From contig CM000207.1 of assembly GCA_000002445.1 (NCBI GenBank), positions 128,001 through 192,000 on the forward strand: 64,000 bases of DNA, read 5' to 3'. The DNA comes from Trypanosoma brucei (taxonomy: Eukaryota). Below are positions 23,347 to 37,310 of the stretch, piece by piece. The notes under the pieces are model-generated. The model worked only from the letters and a program-made list of their open reading frames with translations. It was not told the origin of the DNA and made no database searches. Within the stretch, counting starts at the first letter, position 1; each line of letters opens with the position of its first letter. A program made the translations under genes and the position numbers.

Positions 23347-23524
23347 TTTTGTCAAATATGTGAAAATTTTAAGAATTTGAAAATGCCAAAAATATGAAAT
23401 ATTGGTATTACATGTACGATAGTGACCTACAGGCAAAAACATTCTTTTAAGAAGATATTAAAAGTGATTACTATTTTCATTTTGTTCAAATTTTTAATTT
23501 TATGAATATTAGTTGTGGTTATAA

Positions 23525-23600
23525 TAGTAGTGAAAATAATAATGATAATAGTGATATGAGTGTGTTATGAGAGTGCACATACTAATATTATAATAGGAAT
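23525..23600. repeat. 70-bp repeat (degenerate single unit)
   Basis: 'agtagtgaaaataataatgataatagtgatatgagtgtgttatgagagtgcacatactaatattataatagg'. Confidence 0.7.
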
Positions 23601-25849
23601 GTTTCAATAGACTAAATTTGCAAGATAGAATAAAAGACATTAAAACAATGGAAAGGATGAAATAAGAGTGATTAAGAGAGTAGGATATTGAAAGTGGGAG
23701 AGCATGAGAAATATTATTAATAGTAACACAGAAAGACATAAAGAGGAAGAAAGAGGGGGACGGAATATGCGCAGTCTCAAACAAAAAAGATGATAATGGT
23801 CGTCACTACACACAATGAAATGAGAGAGGAACAGATTATAGAATGATGGCAAATTGGTGGCACTACATCATCAGAAGAAGAAGCGATAATAGGTCAACAA
23901 TAAGAAGAAAAATATGTAAAAAAATGACTGAATAGGCGACAGTGCAGAGCATATGTAAATAGAGCATCAGGAGAAGATTGTGCTCCACATTTCAATCAAA
24001 AATAGATAGATGCGACTGTGAAGATGAAAGTGACTGTGATTTTAAATCTGATGGCGGATCCTGATGCGTCGCTGTGAAGTGGAAGAGAAAGCGGGAAGGA
24101 ATTGGTAAGTGTGAAGTATTTTCAAAGTCTTCTCATCAGATAGAGAAACAATAGCTGACATTTGTGAGCTACAATAAAATATAATTAGACGAAGTATTTT
24201 TAAAAAGTCATTGCCAATGGATCACTATGAACAAAAAATAAAAGTAATAACGCTGAAACTACTTGAAATAGCGCATATTTGGACCGTTAGGGGAACTTTA
24301 TATGATATGGAAGATTTTGTAATGATACGCTAGCGATTCCATATCGGCATATAGATAAGCCGACGCGATTCGAGGACATAATGATCCACATAAGGGTGAA
24401 GGCTGATGAAGCTTAACTGGGGCACATGAAGCATGGAGAAAAGAAATTCAGCATGCAGCTCAAAAAAAAAAATTAAATTCATGAGCGCAAGGGGAGCACC
24501 CACGCACATGATTTGAAACCCAAGAAGAAGGCGAATAGTTATTTCCAAAAGCAGCTCCTTTACTTTGCTATTTCAAAGACGGATACTAGAGATGAGACTG
24601 TGGAAAATAGAACAGATTAAAAACAAGAAAAATTAAATGTTTTATTTATATAGAGAAAGGTTTTCAATGTATCATAGAAATATGGGAATAACCCGATGTG
24701 GGGATATATAAAAGATTTTATAGTTGACCGACCGGATCCGTCAGGATGTCTTAGACGGATATGACTTACAAGGCAGAAGCGAAGAAAGAACAACAGCGAC
24801 GCCAGTTACCGCCTGATCGCAGCAATCTAATACGCTGGACGGTGGAACCATATCTCAAGAAAAAGTGGCCGATAACACCTGACTTCCGGCAGAAAGTCGC
24901 AACAGAAGCTACTCCAGTCTGTTGGTGAGGCAGCAACTAAAACACTGACGCGATCCATGCAAAGAACTTTTTTAAAGAACCGGTTTTACTGCAAGGAAGA
25001 AAGTAGCTTCGAAGTACCTCACCACAGTAGAAAATAACTAACCTCATCACTTCACGACCGTCTCTGGCGTTATGCAAATAATAATAGGAAATTCGCTGCG
25101 ATATGTGGCAGTGACAATAATTGCATCATTAGCTGTCGAGAGAAGTGCCTTAACAGCAAAGATCTTTCAAACGCAGGGCCTTCTAACAAACATTAAAGAC
25201 GCCGTCCGTACTGGAATATCACCAGGCATACGATGCTCGCCTTCAAGCCAACTTTTTCTCTCTTCGTGAGGAATTACTGATCCGCGGCTTACGATACCTG
25301 CTTACTTGCGAAACGTTGGGTGAGGAGTGCAAGGGATGTGCAAACATTGTATGTCACCCACCGCATTCCCCCCGTCAAATATATCGCACAATCATGCAGA
25401 AGCTCTTCGCTGTCGAAGTAGAAAGACAAAGAGAACCGCTACCACCAGTCACCCTAACTTTCTCCCCCAGTTTTTTGTTCCATACAACACTATCATCGGA
25501 CGTGCATGCCGATTCCTAGGACAGTGTTCAGCTTGAATTATGTAAGAAATTGATTGTAAGGCACTACCGTGCAAAGGGAGCCCAACTAAATTCCATGCCG
25601 CATTTTGAAGTATGAGCAGACGGATCTGTTTCCTTAGGAATAAAATCAGGGGCTGCCTCAACGACATATGGCAATGACAATCCCATCTCGACGGTTCACT
25701 GTGGAGCCGGAACAATAGCGTGTAGCTACCGACCTGAGTGCATAGTAATGTTCGAGGTTTTGCATAAAATGATAAGCATATTACAACCGAAGGGAGCTCA
25801 CCCGTGTAAAATGTCTCTTTCTACTGACCGGCGGTCGCTGTTCAAGGCA

Positions 25850-27890
25850 CTACGAATGTGAGAAACAGCGGTAAAGGTAGGAATTTTGCGGGAGACTTGG
25901 ATAGTACTCTTGAGTATCGGATATCATAGCACCAGCATCTGCCTTCAGCTTATTTTTGGACATTGTGGTGTAGAAAAGAATGAATTGACGGACACAAAAG
26001 CGAGGGCACATGCAAACGTTCCTCAACAAGACGTCGGGTGGATACCCGACATCACTGCCTTGGAAAAGTGACACCTCAGGGTGAGCAGAGAGAAACTGAA
26101 GACACACAGGTTGGAAATGACCGGTGAATGGCAACCAACTAAAGAAGATTTGCCACTAAACCGATAGAGCAGGTGAAGTCACCAATTCCGCATTGGGACA
26201 TCGAACACATATGGATGGTTGCTGCAGGGGATAGACAAAACAGTTCCTAACAAGTGCAGATGGTGTGAAACCCATCCCTGCGGACAATACGGGAAAATGA
26301 ATTACGATAGAGCTCACATAGTGTTTCATACGAACCGAATGCACGGTGTACCCTACCATGAGGCATTGCGCCGGTTAAAACATGCTGCAGAACTTGGGGT
26401 GTTGCCTGAAATTTCACCCTATAACCCCTGCCCCCTCCACCGAAGTCGTATGCGCTCATTGTAACAAATCCTATGGAAACAAAGGAGGGCTCACATGGCA
26501 CAAAACTCGATGCCTTCACGGCAAAACGAGAAAGTTAGACGATGAAATGTCGGAGAAGCGGAAAGAAGATGAAAATATCAAACAGCACAAATGGGTTTGC
26601 GCAGAACGTGGCTTTTTCAATCCAAGAGTGCAGGTGTACTAACATTGCGCAGGCCACAGAAACACTACATGACCAACGACAGTCCCTTTCCACCCCACAC
26701 TGGCGGAACCATAATCCACACTGAATATGATAAAAAAACACACTCCAGTGAGGAATCTGTGGGTTCAAATTGATTTAGCAGAGAGGCCCGACAATACGTC
26801 ATGGAATAAAGAGCAGAGGTCAGCTTTAGCACATCATTCCAGTGGTGGAGAAACGGATAGGCAACCAAAGTGAAAACCGACCGCATCAACCCAACACCAA
26901 TGAACAAAGTGATAACACCACTAGTTCAGCCTCTGGAGAAAATGAAGCGATATATGGACCTCGCAGCTATATATTTCACACGTAAAATGGACTAGTGATA
27001 AGTCACGGGATGAAATACTGCGAAGTACAACCGCAAACGGGGTCGCGAGGAATAAAGAGGCAACGGGAACTCGAAGAGAATGCAAGTATTCCAACGAAGG
27101 GCTCCCGAGCGACGGAAACGAGAGGGCATCCAGTGAACGACCCAGTAGGCACATCTGAGCCGCTACAATGCACGCAATGTGGCTTTGTATCACAATCAAA
27201 AGGGGGAACAACACCAAGCACCAAGATTCAGCACCGCAGAGGCCATCCCCTGGATAGTAACACTGGTACAAAACGGAGCCGTTCCATCACAGAACAAGAG
27301 GTATCCCTCATTTGGAAAACGGTAACTATAGGTGTAAATGACACCTGTTGCACGCAATGCCGTCATACGCATGTATCAAAAGACAACCTGATGGAGCACT
27401 TCGGTGGAATGCATAGACAGCATCCCTTCTCCGTAGCAAAAGAATCTCCACCACCGCTCCGGAGCTTCAACGTCAGAGGGTTTCATCTACACTTCACGTT
27501 CGTAAACCGAAATCAGACGTCCCACTCAACATCAAGTTCATCTATACATCGCCATCAAAAACATGAAATCTGCGTTGAAAGGAAACATACACACTTCAAC
27601 TAATGCGAAGGGAATCCCACCCACATACTCGTGCGCTCAAGCCTAAAGTGCTCCGCAGTTACTTCGGGCTTGAGGGCGAAATATGCAGAAGATAGTGTTC
27701 ACCAAGGACCTTGCACAATTCCTCCTAGAAATTGAGAAACCCCTCATTCTCTTCCAGCCTGTACTTTCTTCATTCGAGAGGAACACCCCTATAAAGGAGA
27801 ATAGACTACACAAAAAGCTGCCCACTCCTCTGAATGAAAATTGTAAACTCCACTATGCTCTTCTACGTTTGGCTCAAAAAAAAAAAAAGA
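25850..27890 (+). mobile_element. 3' portion of a degenerate non-LTR retrotransposon (ingi/L1Tc clade; possibly DIRE): RNase H motif, three C2H2/C2HC-like zinc fingers, terminal poly(A)
   Basis: ORF 25886-26071 contains 'GHCGVEKNELTDTKARAHA', matching the LINE RNase H 'GHxGxxGNExADxLAK' motif. Zinc-finger motifs: 'CAHCNKSYGNKGGLTWHKTRC' (~26430-26500), 'CTQCGFVSQSKGGTTPSTKIQHRRGH' (~27170-27250), 'CTQCRHTHVSKDNLMEHFGGMH' (~27340-27420). Tract 'aaaaaaaaaaaaag' at 27876-27889. No recognisable RT motif upstream, so the copy is truncated and degenerate; it may extend back to ~24700. Confidence 0.6.
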
Positions 27891-29847
27891 AGAGGCAGAA
27901 GCCTTTCACTCTCAAGTAAACTGTTTTCGCCATTACGGAAGACCGAGGACTAAAAGCTGAACGTTTGCAACTGGTCACGCATAACTAGTTCGGACATAAC
28001 ATAAAATAGTCCCTCTGGAAGCAAATATGGTGCGCTCTGACCTAGATGGCGATTCGTTGAGAGCACGTCCCGTACAGAGCACGATCTACAAAAAGAAAGG
28101 ATTACTTTTCCCCGAATGAAGTATATAAACACTAGTGGGGAACAATTATCCTTTTTATATTGCCTTGGAATCGGGAGTGTACAGCTCATTTGGGAGGGTA
28201 GGTTTCCAAAATCAGCTTTTTGCAGGGACCCGCTTGCTGCCAACAGCCTTCTGTTAAAAAATACTAATTTTTTTTTCTATAGGTGGAACGAGGTTGGTAT
28301 TACCGTGGAACTGAGAATAGATCAACGTAATGGAAATTACGCCCCGTTCATTATAATTTTGCAGTCTTCTTTAACTACCCTTTTAAAGGATCCGATTTTT
28401 TAGCACTATGAAGTATACTTAAAGCGATTTTACTGCATCCATGCACTGAAATGGTTCTACAACTAGGGCACATGGAAACGGCAATGCGCCATTCCGAGGA
28501 TTTTTTTATGGCGAACTTCATGCGGTAGCTATTAAAGCGGTGAGTGAAACAAAAAGAGTCGCTACTCACAGCAAGATTAAAATTTTGTAAAGGACGGGTA
28601 ATACTGCCATCCTACCAAGAAAACATTTGAAGGGAGTTGTTGAAAGCTTTGCTGGTGTGGCTGATTGAGGGAAAAGACCGATCCATAATGCTGTAACCCG
28701 CTGATACGGCGCCATGGTAAATACAACATTTGTTTCACTCCTGTAAATGAGAGGTTAAGCAGAAATGATAATTTTCGAGGGATCTACCACAGTGCCACAC
28801 AACTTGTTCCAAAAGACCACTTTGATTGCCAACACAACCGCTAAGATGTCCTTAAATGCAGCAACCTGAAACGCGTTTCTACGAATGTGTGGGTGACGCC
28901 CCGCACTTCCCCAATGTATCTAACTGCGTCGCGTCGCACACAATCTAGTGGAGAATGTCACACTAGTTTCCACTGCTTCCCCGTTATTCCAGCATTTGTC
29001 ACCGTTCCCACATATACTTCGCAGTTCACCTCTGAGGTGTTGTTCCACGATAGAGGTTAAAATAATTAAAAACCTTTCAACGAAAGCTAACAGTAAGAGA
29101 CAAACGCGCATTATGCATATGCACGTGCGTGCACATACTTCCATCTTTACTCTAAAATACCTCCACTTCATGAAAGAGAGAACGGACATTTCTCCCCTAA
29201 AGAGGATATTGCTTCACTCAACGCACTAGGCGTTACATCTCGGGTTATGATCCCCTCGTTCAGAAGGCACTCCAAGCTTTCTTCACACACTACACCCACT
29301 TTTCTCTACCCTTCGGTAAAGCCACTTTACTAACGCACCGTTTTCACCGTATTTTGACAATGTCACTGAAAGGCTGCGGTTTTGCAATAAGTGTCTCCTT
29401 AAAACTCCAAGAACGAACGCCTAAAATGTGAACAAAGGTGTTAACCGTATGTCTGCCGCCTTCGTCATTGCAGGGTCCCACAGGCGAATCACATCTACGC
29501 CATAACCTCAGAAGAAATATCGAGACGCAGCAACTGAGAAGCCACTATCCCCGCAAATACTTCACTTTCATACCCTGCAGATTCATAAAGCTCCTACAAC
29601 TACAAACTGAAAAGCTCTGAAATAAGCAACCGGAAAGAACTTTGCTTAGCACACGCAAACTGTACATACAAGCATTTGAAACATAATAACATTGCCACTG
29701 TCTAATGACTAGTTTTTTTTTTTCACGGAAACACAACATGTCAATACAAAAAGAAAATCATTAAGCACATGAGCGCGTGCGAACTCGCACAAAAGCATGT
29801 ATGCTAAAACATCGGTGAAAAGGAGGAAATGTATATGAACGTATTTG

Positions 29848-30930
29848 TCAGATGGAAGAATTAGCGGTGGTAACATTACCAGCAACATCAATGTCGAACA
29901 GCAGCGACGTGAAGTTGTTATGCACCTTGTTAAATTGGGAGTGAAGAGAGGTGATATTTGACACCATTCCAAGAAGCATGGAAGGTGGCTGTCCGGCAGC
30001 AAAAGGTGTGATGAGGGGGCCAAATATTTCTTGCACCTTGACTTTAAGTTGAAAAGAAGCTCCACGATCTCGAACTTCTTTCCATTCCAATGCATCATTT
30101 GAGTTCTTAACTGCACCACTCCTATACAAATTATCCCTTGGAAGGTTGAAGCACTCCCTTACAGAACCATTCTGTACTGTTACTGCAAGACAACCGTCCT
30201 TATACGTTTTGAGAGTGCTCTCGTTTACAGTTTTTGCCAGAGGGCATGTTTGGTCAGCACACGGTGTTAACAACCCCTTAACCCTTTGAAAGGTTCGTTC
30301 TTCACATTTAGCAGTGCCTCCTGCTTCTACAGCCTTAACATCATCCCAAGCTGTCCGTGTTATCTCAGCAATAGATGCATAGTATTTATTTGCTGTTGTG
30401 AGAGCATCAGGTAAATATTTCCTCACTGCCCTCACACTCTCATTAACTTCAGAAAATAATCCACCTACTTTCGCTACAAGGTCTCCCATTTCATTTCCAT
30501 AAGATATAAGCTTTTCCATTTTCTTACGTTGGTCTCCCATTGCACTACTTACAACACTCAAATATTTTGTGCTTTCACCTGTTTTACCTTCCATGTCATC
30601 CAGTATACGAGATGCATTTGCGTATACTTCCTCATTCACAAGCATTTTCCTCTCGCCATCAGTGTATAATTTATTCAACGCATTCGAGAGACAACGAAGA
30701 TAACATAAAGTCTCTTTCAAATTCTTTTTGTAATAATCGTCGACCAGCGTGCATGGACCCTCTTCCTCTGCACCACCAATGCAAATTACAAAAAGTGAGA
30801 AAGCTAGGCATCGCTCAACAATAACCTTCATTTCCTTTAAAGCTGTACACAAAAAAATGTGGCACAGACATTTCATCGAACCGAATAAACTGCAGGCATG
30901 TAGTGGTAACGGATAAGTGATTTTACACAA
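29848..30930 (-). CDS. Secreted helical surface-protein-like ORF (360 aa); possibly transferrin-receptor/ESAG6-7/PAG-like or another a-type VSG-fold family member (unassigned)
   Basis: Long uninterrupted minus-strand ORF. N-terminal hydrophobic signal ('...CLAFSLFVICIGGA'). Long predicted helical stretches, then a Cys-containing region ('CADQTCPLAKTV...DGCLAVTVQNGSVREC'). N-glycosylation sequons. No C-terminal GPI hydrophobic tail (ends 'NVTTANSSI'). Confidence 0.5.
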   Translation of the reverse strand: MCKITYPLPLHACSLFGSMKCLCHIFLCTALKEMKVIVERCLAFSLFVICIGGAEEEGPCTLVDDYYKKNLKETLCYLRCLSNALNKLYTDGERKMLVNEEVYANASRILDDMEGKTGESTKYLSVVSSAMGDQRKKMEKLISYGNEMGDLVAKVGGLFSEVNESVRAVRKYLPDALTTANKYYASIAEITRTAWDDVKAVEAGGTAKCEERTFQRVKGLLTPCADQTCPLAKTVNESTLKTYKDGCLAVTVQNGSVRECFNLPRDNLYRSGAVKNSNDALEWKEVRDRGASFQLKVKVQEIFGPLITPFAAGQPPSMLLGMVSNITSLHSQFNKVHNNFTSLLFDIDVAGNVTTANSSI

Positions 30931-33900
30931 CAGGAGGTAAATTCACAGTAGTCGCCTCTTACATGACCTTTTTATTAGTATAGATTTTCTGTACGAAATC
31001 AATGAAAGCATATCTAGTGCGTGATGTTGCAGATGCCACCCCATCACACTGATGTTTGCTCTGACACAATTAAAGGGAACATCTTTCACCCCTTTCAAGT
31101 GGAACTACAGAGTTCAACAAAATCCAATAACTGGAAATGGAGATAACCTATTTCCCCTAAGCAAAAAACTTTTCTATCCATATATCACCCATAATCACTG
31201 CCTTCGCATTCACTATTTACCATGAAGGCAGCCAAGTTAAGAAAACGGAATTAACCTTCAGTGCGCAAAAAAAAATACCTTAGCTTACCGCCCACGACAG
31301 AACCCAGATATAAAACCACACGGAATCGCAGCTCAGTGTTGTTGGGGCTTAATGGAAGTAGACACAAGCCTATTAGACGCCTCCAACGGGAATAATTTTT
31401 CAGTACCTGCACAATGCCGACGCTACTAGAAAAAAGATGGAATATCATAAACGTTAGGAAAAATACCACGTTGCTTAGTGGAGCAAACAGTTGTAGAACT
31501 CAGAGGTGTACTCAAAAGAGCAAAGAAACACTCTTTGCGGCGGCACATATAATTAAAACACCCTGGGAAGGGAACTTGCCATCGACAGCGCATCTAACAA
31601 CAATGTACCGTTTGATCCTGTGGAAGTCTACATCTGGCTTCCCTCAATTTTTATCTCTGAACTACACTGCCAAAGGCCGGATGCGACCCCATACATGCAT
31701 GCCACACCGACTCCACAACCCTCATTTTAACACCTTACCCAGAGTACTTCCCCCACATTCCGTCCGGCGGACTTGGGTCCTGCAGACAAATGGTCGGTCA
31801 ACAGTGCTTAAACTGAAGCAAGTGTCATTGTGTTTGTCAAATGTTTCATACCTTACAATGACTCAAAAATAGAGAACGAATAGCTGCCACCTCAGTACCC
31901 TCTGGAAAATACAACTTTGAAAAGTACATATCCCCGTGTATCGTTTTACTCTCCCTTTCTTTCCACATCGCACCAGTTTGTCCCGTGGATGGCATTGAGC
32001 ACATAAAGAACATGAAAAGATTAAAACTTTTCGGGAAAGAAGTGTTCACAGAGGCAAACGTGATTCCATACCGAGGTCGCTGGAAGCACATGGTACAGAA
32101 TTATTTCGGAGGGAATAAGATGTGACGATATAAACCATAACCAGTATTAGCTTCTAAACAAAAAAGATCTGATTCGTTTCCTGGCACGTGCTGCTCCTGT
32201 TGCGATATCAGGTTTCCCTGAGAACTAGAAACACTCATAAGGGCATTGCTGAACCAGAATAACTTTGAAAGTGTCTGCAAACGATGACGCTAATACAGAT
32301 GCTATGATAACAGCGAACGTCTTAATACCAAGGCAAAATTCCATATGGTCGATTCTCCTTATTTTATATGTATCCCCTTAATAGCACTAAAACATCCAAC
32401 GCATATTTTCTTCATATCGGAAGGGCAAAGAAGTTCTTACAACCACTTCTCAAAACTCATCCAACCACCCAGCGACAGTTCTTCAAGGAGTTCAAAACAC
32501 CAATTAACGTGACATTGGTTATATTAAGGAAGCTTTCGCAAAAAAGCACATTGATATTTCGGTTGATTCTTAGTTCGCCACCGCACTCATCTTCTACGTT
32601 CGTTCCATTAATCCACAGCTTATTCACGTTAGGAACACAGAAACTGCTGTCAACACGCTTAAGATGGCCACGCTAACCACTCGAGTCTCAAATGCGTTAA
32701 ATCAAGCACCCGATAAACAATTAGTGTATACCACTTACCTCGTTACTGCAAAAAAAAAGGAGTCATAAAACAGCGTCAGCACCTCTTCTCGCGTAGTTTG
32801 CTCGATACTTCCTTATCCGCAAAACCCAACGACCTCATAAGCACCACACGACGTTACAGCCTTTCGTCTCTCAGTTCCTTAGGCAGCTCGGCTAGTCCAT
32901 TCTCCTTCCAAGCGGTTTCCAAAAACCTCACAGGATGCTCATTTATCTTTGTCATTTGGTATGCGACTTTCCGACCACTATGCTTTCCTACCAGACCACC
33001 AACACCTCGCTCATCCAGCCTCACTATTTCAGTCCTGGTGTCAGCTTCACGAGCATTCGCCAGCGCCAAACGTACAGCCCTTCTATTACCTCTAGGCCAC
33101 ATACACGGGCATACTTTGGACTCCGTGGCAACTCTGCAGCGTAAGGACCAAAAACTATGTAACGACACTGGTTGAATCTCCGCCAGCGCCCCACCTACTG
33201 AGTGGCTGCAAGACGTTCAGCCAGAAAAGTCACTGCCAATATCCACATTTCCTATTCGCAAAACAACTCGCAGAGTGGCAGCCTTTCTTTCACAATAAGT
33301 TGGAAAAGTACACGCACCTTAATGCGACACACCAACCCCATCCATAACACGAGGTGGAATATCTTTCCCTACATTTCGTAAAAAGAGACAGTGAGCTGCA
33401 GCAGCATAAACCCAGTCACACCCGACTCCAACAAGCACCACATCGCCTCTCCATACTATGTAATCCATTCCCTTACCTTTCATTATCTGAACTGCCTTTA
33501 GGCCACTATTCTAGACCTTTCAGCTCCATAATCATTCTGTGTTTCAGCTTTACATACACCCGACTCTCAGAAACCCTTTGACTCCATCAACAAAACGGCT
33601 GTATGTGAGCAAACATTTATTTACTCCGCTGCAGCTCTATATGTGCTACTTCATTGCCAGTTTGAACAGGAGCACACATCTGCATTGTGTAATGCGAACG
33701 AGATAGCTGTGCGTCATCAGCATATATGAGGGAATGCATAGTGGATGGCAACAAGCGCTGAGACTGCATCATAGATAAGGGGGAAAACATAATGTGATAG
33801 CAGTTGGTGCTGTCACCTCTTATTCGAGGAGAAGATGCTCCCGCGCTGCATATTCACTACTCTTACCTCTTGTAAAAGAGTTTGAGTACCGTGGCTCCGC

Positions 33901-36900
33901 GTCCACCTTCACTTTGCTGGGGGTTTTTGCATTTGTATCGTGTCCATGTCGATCTCAGGAATTGTTTCTGTTCCCTCTCAGCCCAGTGTTGGAAATAGTG
34001 ATGTTTGTGCTCAGGGGTTGTTGACAGCATCCCTTGAAAAAACTACCTGCCCATACTTGATATAAATTGTGTCTCTTCTCCACCTTTCTCGTTCCTTCCT
34101 CCACTTCCTGCGCTGCGCAGGAACAGAAAAATTTCCCGATGATCCCTCCTTTCCTGTTACTACACACTTCAATCGCCTCAATTAAAAATATCATGCCTTC
34201 TGTAGCTACAGCACTCCCTAAGGTCATACAGCCGATTCCAGTCCCCTTTACCAGGCTCGTTGTTGGACTCTCCTGCCTTGGCGCGGCACACCACATGAAA
34301 CTTTACGACGCACACCTCACCTTCACTATCCGTCTAGGTTGCTTATATTAAGAATTTGATTGAAGCAAAACACTTCATATTTATCTTCCTAACACAGTTA
34401 CGTGACACCACAACAACACACCAGAAAATCAATATGTGAAAGAAATCAAAGCTCAATTGCGGGATGTAGAATGAGATGAAAGGATAGAACATCCGCTTTC
34501 AGCTCCGCAACACCGACGCATACTATAATTTTATGGCAAAATAAACTTCACAAATAAAAAAGCGCTCGCAATGCATCTACCAGCCTCTCCCAGTTACGAT
34601 TCACCATTATTGCGTTTTGTGGCTAGGATTAGGGCTAGCACTGTTAACAGCAATTATGCATTCGCGGTTTAATCAAATGTGTTAAGGCAATCAAAGAGAA
34701 AAATAAAAAATAAGGTAATGCGCAATAGAGGCGCCATTTCCAACAAGTTACTTCCCCTAATTAATCATTAATTTCTCAAGCGTTGCGTATCAATCATTCA
34801 TTGCCTTCTGCACATTCGTCCACTTCCCCCACTCTTGATTAATTTAATTTTTTCGCATACCTGTACCTTGTGCAAGTCATTGATTCATTGATTACTCACC
34901 ATCCAAATCATTTCATGTTTTCGTCCACCACCCGTATCACTTAAAGAATATCTTATGATCATAAGTGCAATCCCGTATTTAGTCGCTGAATTTCTCGGTT
35001 ATTTCCCTGCAATTTAAATTTATGATTTTACTAAGACCCTCCTCCTTAACCCATTTTCATCTTCCCCCAACGTTTTTCGATCTAGAACAGAAGTAGAGCT
35101 TATTTTTTCTTTGAACACTTCACGTGATACGATTTTCTCAGTACAACTGAGGTTAAGTTCCTTTTGATTAATAAAAGGATTCGCAAAGCCATTGATTTTT
35201 CTTCTTTTTTCTTTGCGCTCGTTCTTTTTACAACGCTATTTTAGGCCCCTTTATACACTTGAAAACATTGACTTATATTTCCTGTTTTGAAATTATTCGC
35301 ATTAACACTGTTTGTTAATTATTTCTGTATTGGAGCTATTCATCCATCGCATTGGATGCCGCTATGGAACTTAACAAACAAGTCCTTTGGTAATAACTGC
35401 TGGAAGGTAGCTACGTATTTTTCACCAGTCTTTGTACTTGACGCTTGTTGCTCAGTTGAACGATTTTAAGTGCATATATTGGTTTCGTAGTAATTTGTGG
35501 TAGAAACATATGAAACGAAGCGCCGCAGAGAATCATCATACGTCCGCCACGCCACGGACCGTTACAGCCTCCTGTGGTGCTTTCTGCGGACTCTCACACA
35601 TCTACAAAGTCTGTTTCCATCCCCACTGCATCGCTTTGACCTGTTCCCGAACTCACTCCCTGTGGCGACGGCCGCGCCACGCGCCCACTGTTGTGACCTG
35701 CTACTTTCACTCCCGAAACCGCATTTCCTCTTTTTCCACCTTCTCAGCGGACGTTTTTCACGCTTTCTTGCTTTGCAACTCCCAATTCTTGCCCTTCTTG
35801 ACTCACTTTATGTTCTCTGTAGTCAGCTTCTGAGGGTGCCGACTCCAAGACTGGGGAGCCTTCAGATACCCGGTCGATCGGATCTTCGCTCCAGCTTCCG
35901 CCCGCAGCATCACTTGATTGTGCGCTCACTGTAGGAACGGTTTCATCAGAGTCGGGTACCAACCGGCAAATTCTCTCTGAGGTTGAACTCGATTCAACAC
36001 TCAGCCGTTTTTGTTGCGTTGGAGTGCTAACCGTGGCTGCACCTGGTGTGAGGCCGTTACGAGCTGAGGTAGCTACAGGGGACCGCTGGTTCACACCGTT
36101 CTGGCGGGTTGCGCCAGTGCCCTAAGGCCAGCAGTGGTGCTTATTGAAAGATTCCAAGTACCCCTCGCATTTCTAGCTTTTGCTTGTTGCTTGCATTGAA
36201 GCTTCCGACTCGCCGCGTGGCACAAGCAATCTTAGCGTCAAAAATGAGATTGTTGTATGTGTGAACATTATTCTCCCTCGAGGTTTCTGACGAACAAATT
36301 ATACAAAACACTACCAGGAATAAGGAGACCAATACATGTAAGAATGCCACGTGGTAAACAACTATAATTAGATTTAGAATTAGAGTATATACGAATAAAT
36401 ACACGATACTCCATCCGATTACTTCCTGTGGAAAAAAAAAGCGTCTGAAACGCCACGATGGTCCCTTCCATCGACTTCAGCGCCTTTTAACTTAATTTTT
36501 GATGTATCACTCCAGCGCCTCCCTCACCTACAGTCCTTTTGATCGCCCCTCAGCTTCCTTGCACACGATTCCCTATTTTCCATATTCTCAAGAACTCAGG
36601 GCAACAAAAAAAATCAGACAATATGTCTTTTAATGGCTTCACTTTCCTACCAATTTAAATGAAAAAACATACACCTAGTTCTTTCAATATTTTTTTAAAT
36701 AAAGAATTTATCGGAGTTCACTAGTCTTTTTGTTACCACTTCCTTCATCACCTGTAGGTGACTTTGTCGCCAAACCAACACATTTGAACTTGACCGTAGC
36801 TTCAATGCTTTCCTGTATACATAACTATATTTTTGCTCTCCATTCTTAAATGCTGCAACCAAGCTTCCAAAGAAAGGTCACGCTGTTTCTGCTTCTTATG

Positions 36901-37310
36901 TTTGAATGGGCCCAATTGTAAGCCTCGTAAGATTCACTTCCTGTGTACATTTATAACGCGGTTCTTTTAATATATCTTGTCCTTCCAGATTCCATAATTC
37001 CATAACAACAATATTAAAATCTGTATTCGTTCAATCCCAAAAGTTATAAAGTTTATTCACCATTTGCTTTTGTTTTCCTTACTGTCGCTTTTACTTTTCC
37101 TAACTTTTGTTGTTACTGATAGGTGTGAGCGGATTATTTTATTCTTTTGAGCATTGTATTTTTCCATTTTATGCAACTTTTTAAATGGGTGTAAAAAAGA
37201 AAAATCATTCCTTCCTTTCCTTTACTCTGTTCGCTGGTCTTCTGCGCTGGTGTTTGGCGTATTTTCCTTATTAAGGGTTAAAAATAAAAATAATTGAATG
37301 ATGAATAAAT

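Noticed and set aside
24700-25850. Reverse-transcriptase portion of the retroelement
   Set aside because: No YADD/FADD-type RT motif or long ORF could be recognised by eye. Only the RNase H to zinc-finger tail is supported, so the upstream extension is left as a possibility.
32854-33168. 104-aa minus ORF with a 'PVRFLETAWKENGLAELPKELRDERL' tail
   Set aside because: The short segment has some protein-like character but no recognisable motif or signal and is overlapped by a + strand ORF. There is too little evidence to call a gene.
34596-34625. 'ggctaggattagggctagcac' as another telomeric tract
   Set aside because: It is only a single imperfect TTAGGG-like unit, unlike the multi-unit tracts at 2108, 10107 and 11052.
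35497-36094. Overlapping + (35497-35934) and minus (35744-36094) ORFs
   Set aside because: Mutually overlapping low-complexity ORFs (Pro/Ser/Leu-rich) without start context; most likely non-coding.
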